Position numbers and translations under genes: made by a program
Part shown: one piece after another, positions 16,621 through 29,080 of the stretch
Position numbering within the stretch: position 1 is the first letter of the stretch
How the letters are laid out: the number at the start of each line of letters is the position of its first letter
The notes under the pieces: model-generated
Database searches by the model: none
What the model saw: the letters and a program-made list of their open reading frames with translations, nothing else
Told to the model about the DNA's origin: nothing
Source of the DNA: Eledone cirrhosa
Taxonomy: Eukaryota
NCBI GenBank assembly: GCA_964016885.1
Contig: OZ024762.1
Span: forward strand, 9,424,001-9,488,000
Length of the DNA stretch: 64,000 nucleotides
Direction: 5' to 3'

Positions 16621-19600
16621 CACACACACATATACACAACCACCTGCCCTCCATCGTATGTTCAATGTTCAACCATTGGTTTTGGTTATGTCAATATGAA
16701 CGGTGGAGTAAATGTGCTTACATGCACACATTCACACACACACACGTGTCCACTATGTGTTTGTAGGTGGGGGAGAAGGAGGGCAAGTGAAATCACTTGT
16801 GTGTGTGTCCCTGTGTACACGTGCTTGTGAATATGGAGTCTTAATGAAACACACACACTTCACACTACCACTCAGTCACACAACCATGCATACACACACA
16901 CAACCACCCACACAACCACTCACCCCAACAACCACACACACAACCACTCAGCCCGACAACCATACACACACACAACCTCAGTCACACAACTACTCAGCCC
17001 GACAACCATACACATACACAACCACTCAGCCCGACAACCATACACACACACAACCTCAGTCACACAACTACTCAGCCCGACAACCATACCCACACAACCA
17101 CTCAGCCCGACAACCATACACACACACACAACCTCAGTCACACAACCACTCAGTCACACAACCATACACACACAACCTCTCAGCCAGACAACCACACACA
17201 CACTACTAAATTGCCAATACCACCCTACCTGTGTTTATATAGACTAAGAGTAGCAAACCTTTCGGTCTTCATGAACCACTAAATTCATGATTTTAAATCC
17301 CGCGGACCACCAATATGAACTTTTTTTAAAAAGATAAATCACCATCATCGTTTAACGTCTACCTTCCACGCTAGGATGGGTTAGACGGGTTTGTCCCAAT
17401 TGAGGCAAGATTGGTCAGGTGACCGTGTCTCGCTCGTACAGAACTGTTTCTGGCAGGATGCCCTTCCTAACACCAACCACATTTACAGAGTAGACTAGGA
17501 GCCTTTTTACCGTGTCTCCTACATGACCACTTCACAGTGTGGACAGGGAGCCATTTTACTGTGTCACCTAAATGACCCCTTTACAGTGTAGACTGGGTGC
17601 TTTTTGTTGTGTCACCTTCATGACCACTTTAAAGTGTGCTCTGGGTGCTTTTTGTCGTGTCACCTACATGACCACTTTACAGTGTGGACTGGGTACTTTT
17701 TGTTGTGTCACTTACATGACCACTTTACAGAGAACTTCCATTTTATTAAACTATACTGAAGTGTATGTGTCATATTGTCGATAGATGATACATATGTGTA
17801 AAATGATTTCATGGTTGTTAGTTCTTTACTGAGGAGAAACATTTTTAGGGAAGTGGGGTATAAAATATATTTTAACCGAATATTATTTTTGTTTTATTAT
17901 TCATAAAACATAAAAATTGCAAATAATGTCCAAATTTTTCTGCGACCCACCAAAATTTTCTCTCAGACCACCAGTGGTTCACGGACCACCAGTGGTTCAC
18001 GGACCACCAGTGGTTTGCAGGCCACCGATTGGCAACTGCTGATATAGGAGAACACTGTGCCTATGTTTATTACTAAATTATAGACATCACTATATCAGTG
18101 TTAAATAGACACTACTGTAGCTGTGTTAATTACTAAATTACCAACACCACTGTATCTATGTTAATTGCCCACTTATTCCTGAGAGGGTCGTGGGGGCCAG
18201 AGTCTTCAAACACTCCTTCTGGCGGGTCCTATCAGAAGCAACCATCTCCAGCTGATCCGGTTAGATCCCCAAGCCAGACCAGCCAAGCTCATGGATGTTA
18301 TGCAACCATCTTGCTCAGGGTCTACCCTTGGGTCTCTTGCCAGTTGGTTTTGCCAGTAAAATCTATCCAGCGGTTCTTTCCTGAGACATTTCTAACCACA
18401 TGCCCATAGTTAATTACTAAATTACCAACATCACTGTAGCTGTGTTATCTAACTTATCAACATCACTGTAGCTGTGTTATCTAACTTATCAACATCACTG
18501 TAGCTGTGTTATCTAACTTATCAACAACACTGTAGCTGTGTTATCTAACTTATCAACAACACTGTAGCTGTGTTATCTAACTTATCAACAACACAGTACC
18601 TGTGTTAACTAAATCACCAACATCACTGTAGCTGCGCTATCTAACTTATATTTAAACATAACAGTGAAGTTGTTTTAACAAAACATTGTCATGTTATGTC
18701 AAATAATATGATGTGTGACAATGTCAAATGAATCGGGTGTTCTGATGCTTGCGCTCTCTCTATTGTGGATCAAGGTCACTCCAAAAGTACTTTCTACCAG
18801 ACAGCATACAGATGAAGGTGTATAGCCAGGTGGTCCGACGGTCGAGGGTTCAATTCCAGGATCAGATAGTGTATTGTGTCCTTCAACAAGGCACTTCTAT
18901 TTATTTTTGCTCAAATCCAATATCCCCTCGATTCTGGAGCCAGCTGGATTGTCCAGGGTTGACAATGAAGAGACCCAGATGGCTTTACTCCTTGTCCCAG
19001 GGTAAGAGGTAGATGTCTCATTTATGCAGTGCCGGATTTAGGACAAATGAGGCCCTGTGCTAGTTAAGTTACATTTGAAATAAGTTCATCGTAAAAAAGT
19101 TTTTGGCAGGAATATGGTCCCCCCTCATTCTAGCCCAAGTAAGACTGGTAGTGAGACAAAAACACATGGAGCAGGACGCTAAAGAGTGCTGTCAGACAGG
19201 ACCCACCCCTACTTAGCGATTAATTGTGTCTTGCATAATCAAAAACTGTATGATGATGATGATGGTGATGATCGGAAAACATATTTTTCTTCATTTCGGG
19301 GGGGGGGGGGGAGAGAGAGAAAAAGTCAATTGCAAGCATCTTGAAGTCTTAAATAATCGTCCCTTCCCTCCCCGCTAATTAATTTTTCAGAATTTTTCCA
19401 ACCCCTCTGCTTCGCTTATTAAATTTTGCTAATTTATCTCTGACGAAATTTTATTGTAAGTGATTCATATTGATACAGCAGCTGGAGAATCTTATAATTT
19501 TATTTTACATAAAAAAACCCATTATATATGACAAAAAAAGAACATTACAAGAAACCCAATAATTACGAATGTACTCTATACAATTACTGATCCCCCCACC

Positions 19601-21161
19601 CGCTTTATTCCAGCTCCCTCTTACAAGAATTTAAGCAAATGTCCAACACCACCGCTTCTTCCATCCCCTATTATTTAGGACCCGAGAATAGTTGATAACA
19701 CGAAAAAAAAAAAAGGAGGAAGACCCCCTTCCCCCCACACACTTAAATTGAAAGGAGAGGGTGTTCCTATAAATTTACCTTTGTTAATAACCATGTTTTC
19801 CTCACGTTTTATCGACCCCTTTCATCCTTACGGGGTCGATAAAATAAAGTACCAGTAATACACTGGATGATTGCTGGCCTTGTGTCAAAAGTAGAAACAG
19901 TTATTTACGAAATGTAATATAAAAAAAATACTTGGTGGATAAAACTTCAATAACGACAACGTGGTACACAGTGCCAGATTTAGGAAAAACGAAGCCCTTT
20001 GCTGGTTAAGTTATGAGGCCCCAAACATTTGGAAAAAAAAAATCATCGTAAAAAATTGGGTGGGCAGGAAGATACCCCCCCCCCTCCCAGCCGACCAACG
20101 GGGCTCTGTGCTTAAGCATACATGAGCACAAAACTTCCATGCTTCCCAAAATTCGCCAACACCACACCTGATATTCCCCCTCCATACACACGCACGTATG
20201 TATCTGTGTATATCATGACTCATACAATATTCACTTTCCTGACATTTGTACATTATTCTATGTACTATACATACACCTTTGATGAGTTGTAGTGCACCTG
20301 AGCACTGTACACAATCATTTTCGTTATTATTATTATTTACAATAGTAAAATTCGGCACAGGTCGTACACTATGTTTTACAGTGTGGTCAACACTCTACTG
20401 TCCGAAAAATTACACACACAAGATAAACACTTTCAAGAAGCACGTAAATCACCGGCCCTTAACCAGTTTCACAACCAAGCCCCCCTCCCCTCTCCCCCAC
20501 ATTAAAATACCCCAAGACCCCGATTGTTATACAACAATAACAACAACAATGAAAAGAGAGATATGTTTATATTTAATTAGAGTAGAACGAATTACCCGAT
20601 AGCGCGCGTGTGTGTGTGTGTTGTTTACAACACAGCTACTTGAAATTTAGAGTCCTATATTTAGGGACACCCAGAAGGTCATGCATATCCCAAGTTCAGA
20701 AACCCTGTCCTAGATACACACACACACACACGCACAGATAAATACACGCAAATAAATACACAAAGATACATACATACATACATACAAGCAAAGAATCGCC
20801 TCTTTCACCCTTAACGGGATCTTCTGAAACTGAGATTCAGAAGATCCCGTTAAGGGTGAAAGCAGCGATTCTTTGCTTAAACTTTAATCTGTTATTTTAA
20901 TAAATATTTGCTCTACGGTTCTTATATATTTGATATATATTTATCCTTATCGAGCCCTCTTTGGATTTTAGTCTTCACATTTATTATTATTACTATAGTT
21001 TACTCAGCTGAAAATGAGTACCAGCAATAGCTGGAGGTTTAACCCTGCGATGGACTGGCGTCATGTCCAGTGGGGAGTGTTGTACTCTCAGTCGCTTCAC
21101 GCCATGAAACCGGGATAAGCACCGGCCAAATGAACCTTCTGGCTTAAGACAGACTTTAGAC

Positions 21162-21206
<45 letters not shown>

Positions 21207-21314
21207 TACCAGTAATACACTGGGATAATTGCTGGCCTTGTGCCAAAAGTAGAAACAATTATATAAATATATATATATATAGAGAGAGAGAGAGAGTGAG
21301 AGAGAGAGACATAC

Positions 21315-21398
21315 TTGTTTCTTTTTTCGTTTGAAGGAATTCCGTAGAACGTTCAAAAGTGAGGCTAGTTTCTGTTTTAAAAACGCTTTTCTCGGCAT
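21315..21398 (-). CDS. OXR1: Candidate alternative first coding exon of a short TLDc-only isoform: MPRKAFLKQKLASLLNVLRNSFKRKKKQ
   Basis: ATG at 21398, 28 open codons of unique sequence between microsatellites, donor CAA/GTatgt in phase 0 matching the acceptor at 14761. Confidence 0.6.
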
Positions 21399-22372
21399 AA
21401 TGTATATATATACACGGTGGGGTGGACAATCAGGGTATCTCAGGTGTGACGTGGTGACACTGGTAATGGTGTCGTTGGAAGTGACAAATAAATGACAGAA
21501 TTGAAGAGACTGTCTGTTTCTGTGTCTGTTTGTCTGTCTATCTGTGTTTGTGTGTCTGTGTGTGTTAGCGTCTGTGTTTGTGTGTTTGCGTCAGTCTGTG
21601 TCCGTGTGTCCGTGTGTGTGAGTGAGTGAGTGTCTGTGTGAGTGAGTGAGTGTCTGTGTGAGTGAGTGAGTGTCTGTGTTTGTGTCAGTCTGTGAGTGTG
21701 TCTGTATGTGTCTGTGTGTCAGTTTGTGTTTGTGCGTGTATCTGTATCTGTGTGTGTGTGTCTCTGTCCGTGTGTATGTGTGTGTATCAGTGTGTGTGTG
21801 TGTGTATCAGTCTCTGTGTGTGTGTGTGTATGTGTATCCGTATGTCCGTATGTCCCTGTCTAAACAGCGACAGTGTTGTGACAAGTTTGGTTGATGGGAA
21901 ACTGATTTATGTAAGATGTGTTACTATAGATGATGGGGAGAGAGAGATAGAGAGGGAGATAGAGAGAGGGGGGGAGAGAGAGAGGGAGATAGAGAGAGAG
22001 TGTAGTGGGAGAGAGAGTAGTGGGAGGTTAAAGAGAGAAACAGAGAGAAAGAGTGAATGTGGTGTGGACATGGATGTGAGAGAGGGGGGGGACATGGATG
22101 TGTGGGAGAGAGGGGGTGGACATGGATGTGTGGGAGAGAGGGAGGAGGCTGTGGTGTGGACATGGATGTGAGAGAGAGGGGGGGGTGGACATGGATGTGT
22201 GGGAGAGAGGGAGAGAGAGTAAGAGATGGACATGGATGTGTATGACAGAGAGAGAGAGAGAGAGAGAGGTTGACATGGATGAATGTGCAGGTGTGTGTGT
22301 ATGTGTAGATGAGTGTGTGTGTGTGTGTAGTTGTTTAGCCCTAGGCCAGCCCTGTTTGAGACAATGTATAAT

Positions 22373-22515
22373 TGTTTCTACATTTGGCACAAGGCCATCA
22401 ATTACCCAGTACATTACTGGTACTTTATTTTATCGACCCCGTAAGGATGAAAGGCAAAGTTAACCTCGGCGGGATTTGAACTCCCGAGGTTAACTTTGCC
22501 TTTCATCCTTACGGA
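22373..22515 (-). mobile_element. Family A SINE with fold-back 5' end and 16-bp target-site duplication
   Basis: tgagacaatgtataat at 22357-22372 and 22516-22531; internal inverted duplication about 22439-22514. Confidence 0.85.
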
Positions 22516-22679
22516 TGAGACAATGTATAATATCATCATCATCATCACTCGTCGACTACTGTCGAGATGATGGATCTCACCCTCATGCCCCAGAATCCCC
22601 TGTCCCCCATCGCTGCCCCCAGGTCCTGTCTGCTGATTCCCGTATCCCTAGAGATAATATAAGGTACTACTAAGTCTAA

Positions 22680-22950
22680 AGTCTGTCTTAAGCCAGAAGG
22701 TTCATTTGGCCGGTGCTTATCCTGGTTTCATGGCGTGAAGTGACTGGGAGTACAAGACTCCCCCCTGGACAGGACGCCAGTCCATCGCAGGGTTAAACCC
22801 CCAGCTATTGCTGGTACTCATTTTCAGCTGAGTATACTGGAGCAATGTGAAATGAAGTGTTTTGCTCAAGGAAACAAGACACAACCCAGTCCCTAGAATC
22901 AAACCCATAGCATTATGGTCCTAAGTCCAACACCCTTACCACTAGGCCAC
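22680..22950 (-). mobile_element. tRNA-derived SINE (family B/C)
   Basis: A-box-like tggcctagtgg head and tccttgagcaa..cacttcatttcac..tgctcc core. 3' part repeated on + at about 21000-21156; related heads at 15560-15670, 26220-26400, 41232-41352 and 46420-46590. Confidence 0.8.
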
Positions 22951-23205
22951 ATCCACTTAAGGTACTACAGCCATCACTATTCCATAATTTTCTATGTCTA
23001 AGACCACACTGTCCACCTTGTTGATAGGACAGAGCATGGTGCATAGTATAGCATATACTATGATAGTATATAGCATATACTATAGTATAGCATATACTAG
23101 TATATAGCATGATATGTAGTATAGCATATACTATAGTATATAGGATAATATTTAGTATATAGGATAATATATAGTATACCATATACTATACTATATAGTA
23201 TAGCA

Positions 23206-23369
23206 CAGGGTTTCCCAAACTTTTTCAAATGCAGAACCCTTTTTGGTTCAAAACCTTTTGGGGTGACCCCAAAATCTAATACTGTCATATGGTCATAATA
23301 TAAATATACTCCTCTACCTTTTTTCACGGGACCTCAGACACTGCTTTGCAGAACCCTTGGGAATCACTG
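23206..23369. mobile_element. hAT-type MITE
   Basis: TIRs cagggtttcccaa / ttgggaatcactg; 8-bp TSD gtatagca on both sides. Confidence 0.85.
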
Positions 23370-24122
23370 GTATAGCATATACTATATTATATAGCATGAT
23401 AGCATATAGTATATATCATAGTTTATAGTATAGTATACACTATGGTATATAGTATATAGCATGCTATAGAGCTGCCATATTAAACATGTGGCCCTTTACA
23501 AGCGCACACAAAGGTTTTAACAGTGCAAGCGTGTTTTATCTTCGTAAAATTAGTTGTAATATGTGCATTAGTTGTTGTGTGTGGCCCTCAGACAACAGAT
23601 ATGTGACCCATGTGGTCCTCAGGGGACCCTCAGTTTGACATCTCTGCTATAGAGCATAGAGAGTGTGTGTATATGTGTGAGTGTGTGTCTATGTGAGTGT
23701 GAGTGTGTGTATATGTGAGTGTATGTGTGTGTATGTATGTTGGACCTCCACTGGTTTCAACACCGATAATGTGTGTTCCAGTTAAGTCAATGATCAGATC
23801 AATAAACCCCCCCCTCTCCCCGCCATACAGAGTCCCATAGTCGATTTGACAGTTTTTAGCAGGGGGTCACCCTCATCTTTAGATCATCGATGTCCTTACA
23901 CTTTGCTCCTATGAGGAGGAATGGTAATCCTTTCCAGACAAAAAAAAAAAAAAACACACTCATCCATACCCTGGTGATGATGATAGTGATGATAGTGATG
24001 GTGGTGATGACAGTGATGGTGGTGGTGGTGGTGGTGGTAGTGGTGGTGGTGCTAATTATATCTCTCCTAGTCAGTCACATACCGTCACACTTTCTACCTC
24101 ACCCCCATGGACTTCTTTAAAC

Positions 24123-24180
<58 letters not shown>

Positions 24181-24500
24181 CATGACCTGACAACCATAAA
24201 ATGTCAACGATATATATATTTCCAGCTACCGACCAATCACTAAAAATAAAATATATCACAATTTTATATATATATATGCAGAAGTTATATTAATTTGTTG
24301 GGATTCCAACAAACTTAAAGGTTTATAACTGATATAGAGCACTCAACAAAAAACTGGAGAAAATATTCAATATATTAATAAATGGAAACTATATTTATAA
24401 AACCATAATTATTTTATTATATATATTTCACTATCCAGCCAATTTTCAACCATCAAGGTTGTTTTCCATGGCTATGTCACTATTTATAAAACAAATTTTG

Positions 24501-24565
24501 TATTTTATCTGATGAAAGCGCACCAAGACTGCCTTGGTTGCCCTTGAAATATATATAATAAAATA
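24501..24565 (+). ncRNA. Minimal type I hammerhead ribozyme motif (Penelope-like element type)
   Basis: tattttat-CTGATGA-aagcgcaccaag actgc cttggttgccctt-GAAA-tatata-TA^ataaaata: perfect 8-bp stem I, imperfect stem II, palindromic minimal stem III. Confidence 0.7.
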
Positions 24566-24599
24566 ATTATGGTTTTATAAATATAGTTTCCATTTATTA

Positions 24600-24658
<59 letters not shown>

Positions 24659-25270
24659 TTCGTTTATGAATTTGTTTTGCGAGATTTCTTATCTAAAAAC
24701 GTGTGTTGAAACAGATCTTGTTATACTTTGGGAGGGTCATGTTACCAATAAAAACACACACACCGTATGTGCTCATGTATATGTTGTCTCTGTCTCTCTC
24801 CCCTCATATCCCACATGTACTCATGTATATATTGTCTGTCTCTCTCTCTCTCTCTCTCCCTCCCACATGTACTGGTATGTCACACCTTTCCCCACAAAAA
24901 ACACATAAAATAACTGCTGGACCTACAAAACTTCTATTCAAAATACCTGGTATGTTATATATCATCATTTAACGTACATTGATTAAACCGACCTCATGGC
25001 ACAAGGCCAGCAATTACCCCCAGTGCATTACTGGTACTTTATTTTATTGACTCCCGTAAGGATGAAAGGCAAAGCTAACCAAGGCGGGATTTGAACTCAC
25101 AACGTAAAGGGCCGTAACTCTATGCTGCAAAGCATGGCGTCCGACGCTCTACCAATATCAATAATAATCATCATCATCATCATCATAACTTATATCATGA
25201 ACAATGAAATAAAAAAAATAAAAATGAAAGGCCGAAAGCAACCTGCAGCGAGTGCTACTAATATTATAAC

Positions 25271-25304
<34 letters not shown>

Positions 25305-25466
25305 TGATGGAAAACGGCAGAAATGCTAAGAGCAACTATTGCAGCAACAACAACGAGAACAATATCGAGGACAACAACAACAATAACAACAGTGAAATCC
25401 ACAACATCAACATCCTAAGTCAGCGCCTTTTGTGACATTTCAACATCTAACAATGAGGTTTCTAAA

Positions 25467-25568
<102 letters not shown>

Positions 25569-25820
25569 TACACACCTGTATATACATACACATAGACATA
25601 TATGTACATAAATATATACATATATATATAATATACATACATACACACATATATATATATATAAATATATACATGCATATATATAATATACGTACATACA
25701 TATATATATATATATAATATACATACATATATATAATATACATACACATATATATATATAAATATATACATACATATATATATATATAATATACATTCAT
25801 ACATATATAAATGTAAATAT

Positions 25821-25851
<31 letters not shown>

Positions 25852-25953
25852 AATATATACATACATATTTATATAAATATATACATATATATATATATAA
25901 ACATACATATACAAATATATACATACATATACAAGTAAATAAATATATACATA

Positions 25954-25990
<37 letters not shown>

Positions 25991-26094
25991 CATACACACA
26001 CACACAACTACATATATAAATATATATATATACACACAAATAAATTTCAAAATTAGGCTGTATCAGTTCATAATAAAATCAGTAAAAAACTAAC

Positions 26095-26123
26095 CCGTGG
26101 GTCAAATGGTTGACCGAGAAAAG
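26095..26123 (-). CDS. Candidate 29-nt exon, (A)FLGQPFDPR
   Basis: tttatcatttccAG / GTtagt. Phase 1 to 0 bridges candidate exon 28035-28100 to exon 14648-14761 in frame. No homology recognised. Confidence 0.45.
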
Positions 26124-26816
26124 CTGGAAATGATAAACATATACACAAATGCCACACATCAGCTATCTACTGAGTGTCTTTGTAGTTTCAGCAGCTTATA
26201 AAACAGTACTCCTTTTCCAAGGTACATGGCTTAGTGATTAAAGCGTTGGGCTTACAATCATGAGGCAGACAGTTCAGGTTCTGCGTTGTGTTCTTGAACA
26301 AAAGATTTTATTTCATGTTGCTCCAGTTGACACAGCAGTAGAAATGAGTTGTGATGTCACTGGTGCTAAGCTGTGTCAGCCATTGCCTTTCCCTTGGACA
26401 ACATTATATATAGTGTATAGATATACTGTACATAGTGTGTATATATATAATGTACATAGTGTATATATACTGTACATAGTGTATATATGAGTTGTGGCAT
26501 CACTGGTGCCAAGCTGTATCGCTCATTGCCTTTCCCTTGGACAACATCGGCGGTGTGGAGAGGAGAGACTGGTATACATGGGTGACTGCTGGTCTTCCAC
26601 AACAACCTTGCCCAGACTTGTGTCTCGGAGGGGAACTTTATAGGTGCAAATCCCATGGTCCTTTGTGAACAAAGGGGATCTTTCCCCTTTTACCCTTTAT
26701 TGTAACAAAAGGGTTAATAATGAGAAAGTTAATTATATTACTTAAACCCTTCCAAAATCTTAATTATAGCCAAAATTATCTGAAAATCATAGTGTCTTTC
26801 ATTAGAAATATAATAA

Positions 26817-27002
26817 TTGTTTCTACGTTAGGCACAAGGCCAGCAATTACCCAGTACATTACTGGTACTTTATTTTATCGACCCCGTAAGGATGAACGGC
26901 AAAGTTAACCTCGGCGGGATTTGAACTCAGAATGGCAAGGGCCGTAACTCTATGCGTCAAAGCATGGCATCCGACACTCTACCAATACTGCCAATCCACC
27001 GC
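26817..27002 (-). mobile_element. Full-length tRNA-derived SINE (family A)
   Basis: A box tggcagtattgg, B box gagttcaaatcc, conserved body gttaactttgcc.ttcatccttacggggtcgataaaataaagtaccag; TSD ttagaaatataataat. Confidence 0.9.
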
Positions 27003-27693
27003 TTAGAAATATAATAATGAAATATAATAATTAGAAATATAATAATGAAATATAATAATGAAATATAATAATTAGAAATATAATAATTAGAAATATAATA
27101 ATTAGAAATATAATAATGAAATATAATAATTAGAAATATAATAATTAGAAATATAATAATTAGAAATATAATAATGAAATATAATAATTAGAAATATAAT
27201 AATTAGAAATATAATAATGAAATATGGTGTGATATTTGATGTCCAATTTTGTCCATTCAAGGGGCTTATAGACCTGTTATTAGACACCCAGTAAACAGCT
27301 AACAGGTGAAACTTGTCCTTACATCTGATTTCTTCCAAGATTTCTGTCTTTCTCATTTGACCAGTGTGTTAATACTTCACTGATATTATTATCATAACTG
27401 ATACAGAATAATTTTGATATCTAAGCTGTTGCTTGCTACTACTACTGTGGCTTTATATATACATATATACACATCTGTCGGAGTCAAACATTTTCCTATA
27501 TATATATATATGTGTGTGTGTGTATATATATATATATTATATATATATATATACACCTATACACATCTATATACACATATATATAGAAACACACACACTT
27601 ATATGCATCTATATACACATACATATACAAGCAAATACACAAACATATATATAATAATATGTATACACACACACACACCTCACTCTCTCACTT

Positions 27694-27734
<41 letters not shown>

Positions 27735-27813
27735 CACACATATAATACATATATACATTTATATATATAATATATATATTATATATATATATGCATATAT
27801 ATATCGATATCTA

Positions 27814-27854
<41 letters not shown>

Positions 27855-28034
27855 TATATATCGATATCTACACTATATATATATATATACACACATATCT
27901 CTCTATATACATATACACACATACACACATATATAAGGGGGAAACTGGAATGCTAAATAATTAAGAGGCCTACTACTTGGAGAGCACACTATCTGTGAAC
28001 TAAGAGGCAAATACAAAGAGATGGAAGGGCAGAC

Positions 28035-28100
28035 CTGTTTTCTTGAGACTTTTCTCAACCATTTGATGGAAGTTCCTTTCAGATTTTGCGTCTTTCTCAC
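28035..28100 (-). CDS. Candidate 66-nt exon, (G)EKDAKSERNFHQMVEKSLKKT (phase 1) or VRKTQNLKGTSIKWLRKVSRKQ (phase 0)
   Basis: aatttttccAG acceptor, CAG/GTctgc donor (weak), length a multiple of 3, unique island between (TA)n tracts. Confidence 0.5.
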
Positions 28101-28246
28101 CTGGAAAAATTCTGTTGCCGTGTCAACAAATCCAACTAGAGTACAATGGTACCAACCAACATTGACACAGAACACAAACACAATCGAATCCCTCCCTGCC
28201 AACCACCCACGAAAAAAAATCAGATGTATATATGTATGTATGTATG

Positions 28247-28331
<85 letters not shown>

Positions 28332-28490
28332 TATATATATACACACACACATACAAATATGAATTTATACCCACAATGAATTTATACATACACATATATA
28401 TATATATATATATATATATGCATATATACATATACATACATATATTAGCATATAATATACACATATATACATTACCATATAATATGCACC

Positions 28491-28529
<39 letters not shown>

Positions 28530-28584
28530 ACATATATATATACATATACATATATAAGTATACATATATATGTATACATATATA

Positions 28585-28627
<43 letters not shown>

Positions 28628-28664
28628 ACATATATAAGTATACATATATATGTATATATGTATG

Positions 28665-28739
<75 letters not shown>

Positions 28740-29080
28740 AGGCTAGAAAGAAATGGATGTGGTGATGTTCATGATTATGAATGATGTAGCATAAGTGAGC
28801 TGAGAGTAAATCCTGGCATCAGAGGAATTGGATGTAGCGTGCCAGTGAGGAGACTGCACTGGTATGGACATGTTATGTGTATGCAAGATGACAGCTGCAT
28901 AAAGAACTGCAGGGACGGAGAAAGTCTCAGTGGATGGTCGTTGTGGTAGAGGTAGACCCAGCAAGATATGGGTTGTGGTAGTGAGGTCTGACCCTAAGAA
29001 GCTAAACCTCTCAACAAAGATGACAAATGACTGTGAGGACTAGAGACAAGCTGAGTCTGGTGATGACCCATCTACCAGCT
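28740..29080 (+). mobile_element. RTE-like LINE 3' remnant
   Basis: Encodes RRLHWYGHVMCM...GRCGRGRPSKIW; followed by tail elements to about 29830. Confidence 0.8.

Noticed and set aside
25415-25462. Possible terminal exon [15 protein letters not shown]
   Set aside because: The acceptor sits in (TA)n with no pyrimidine tract.
26900-27002. tRNA gene suggested by A and B boxes
   Set aside because: Head of a multi-copy SINE; no cloverleaf.
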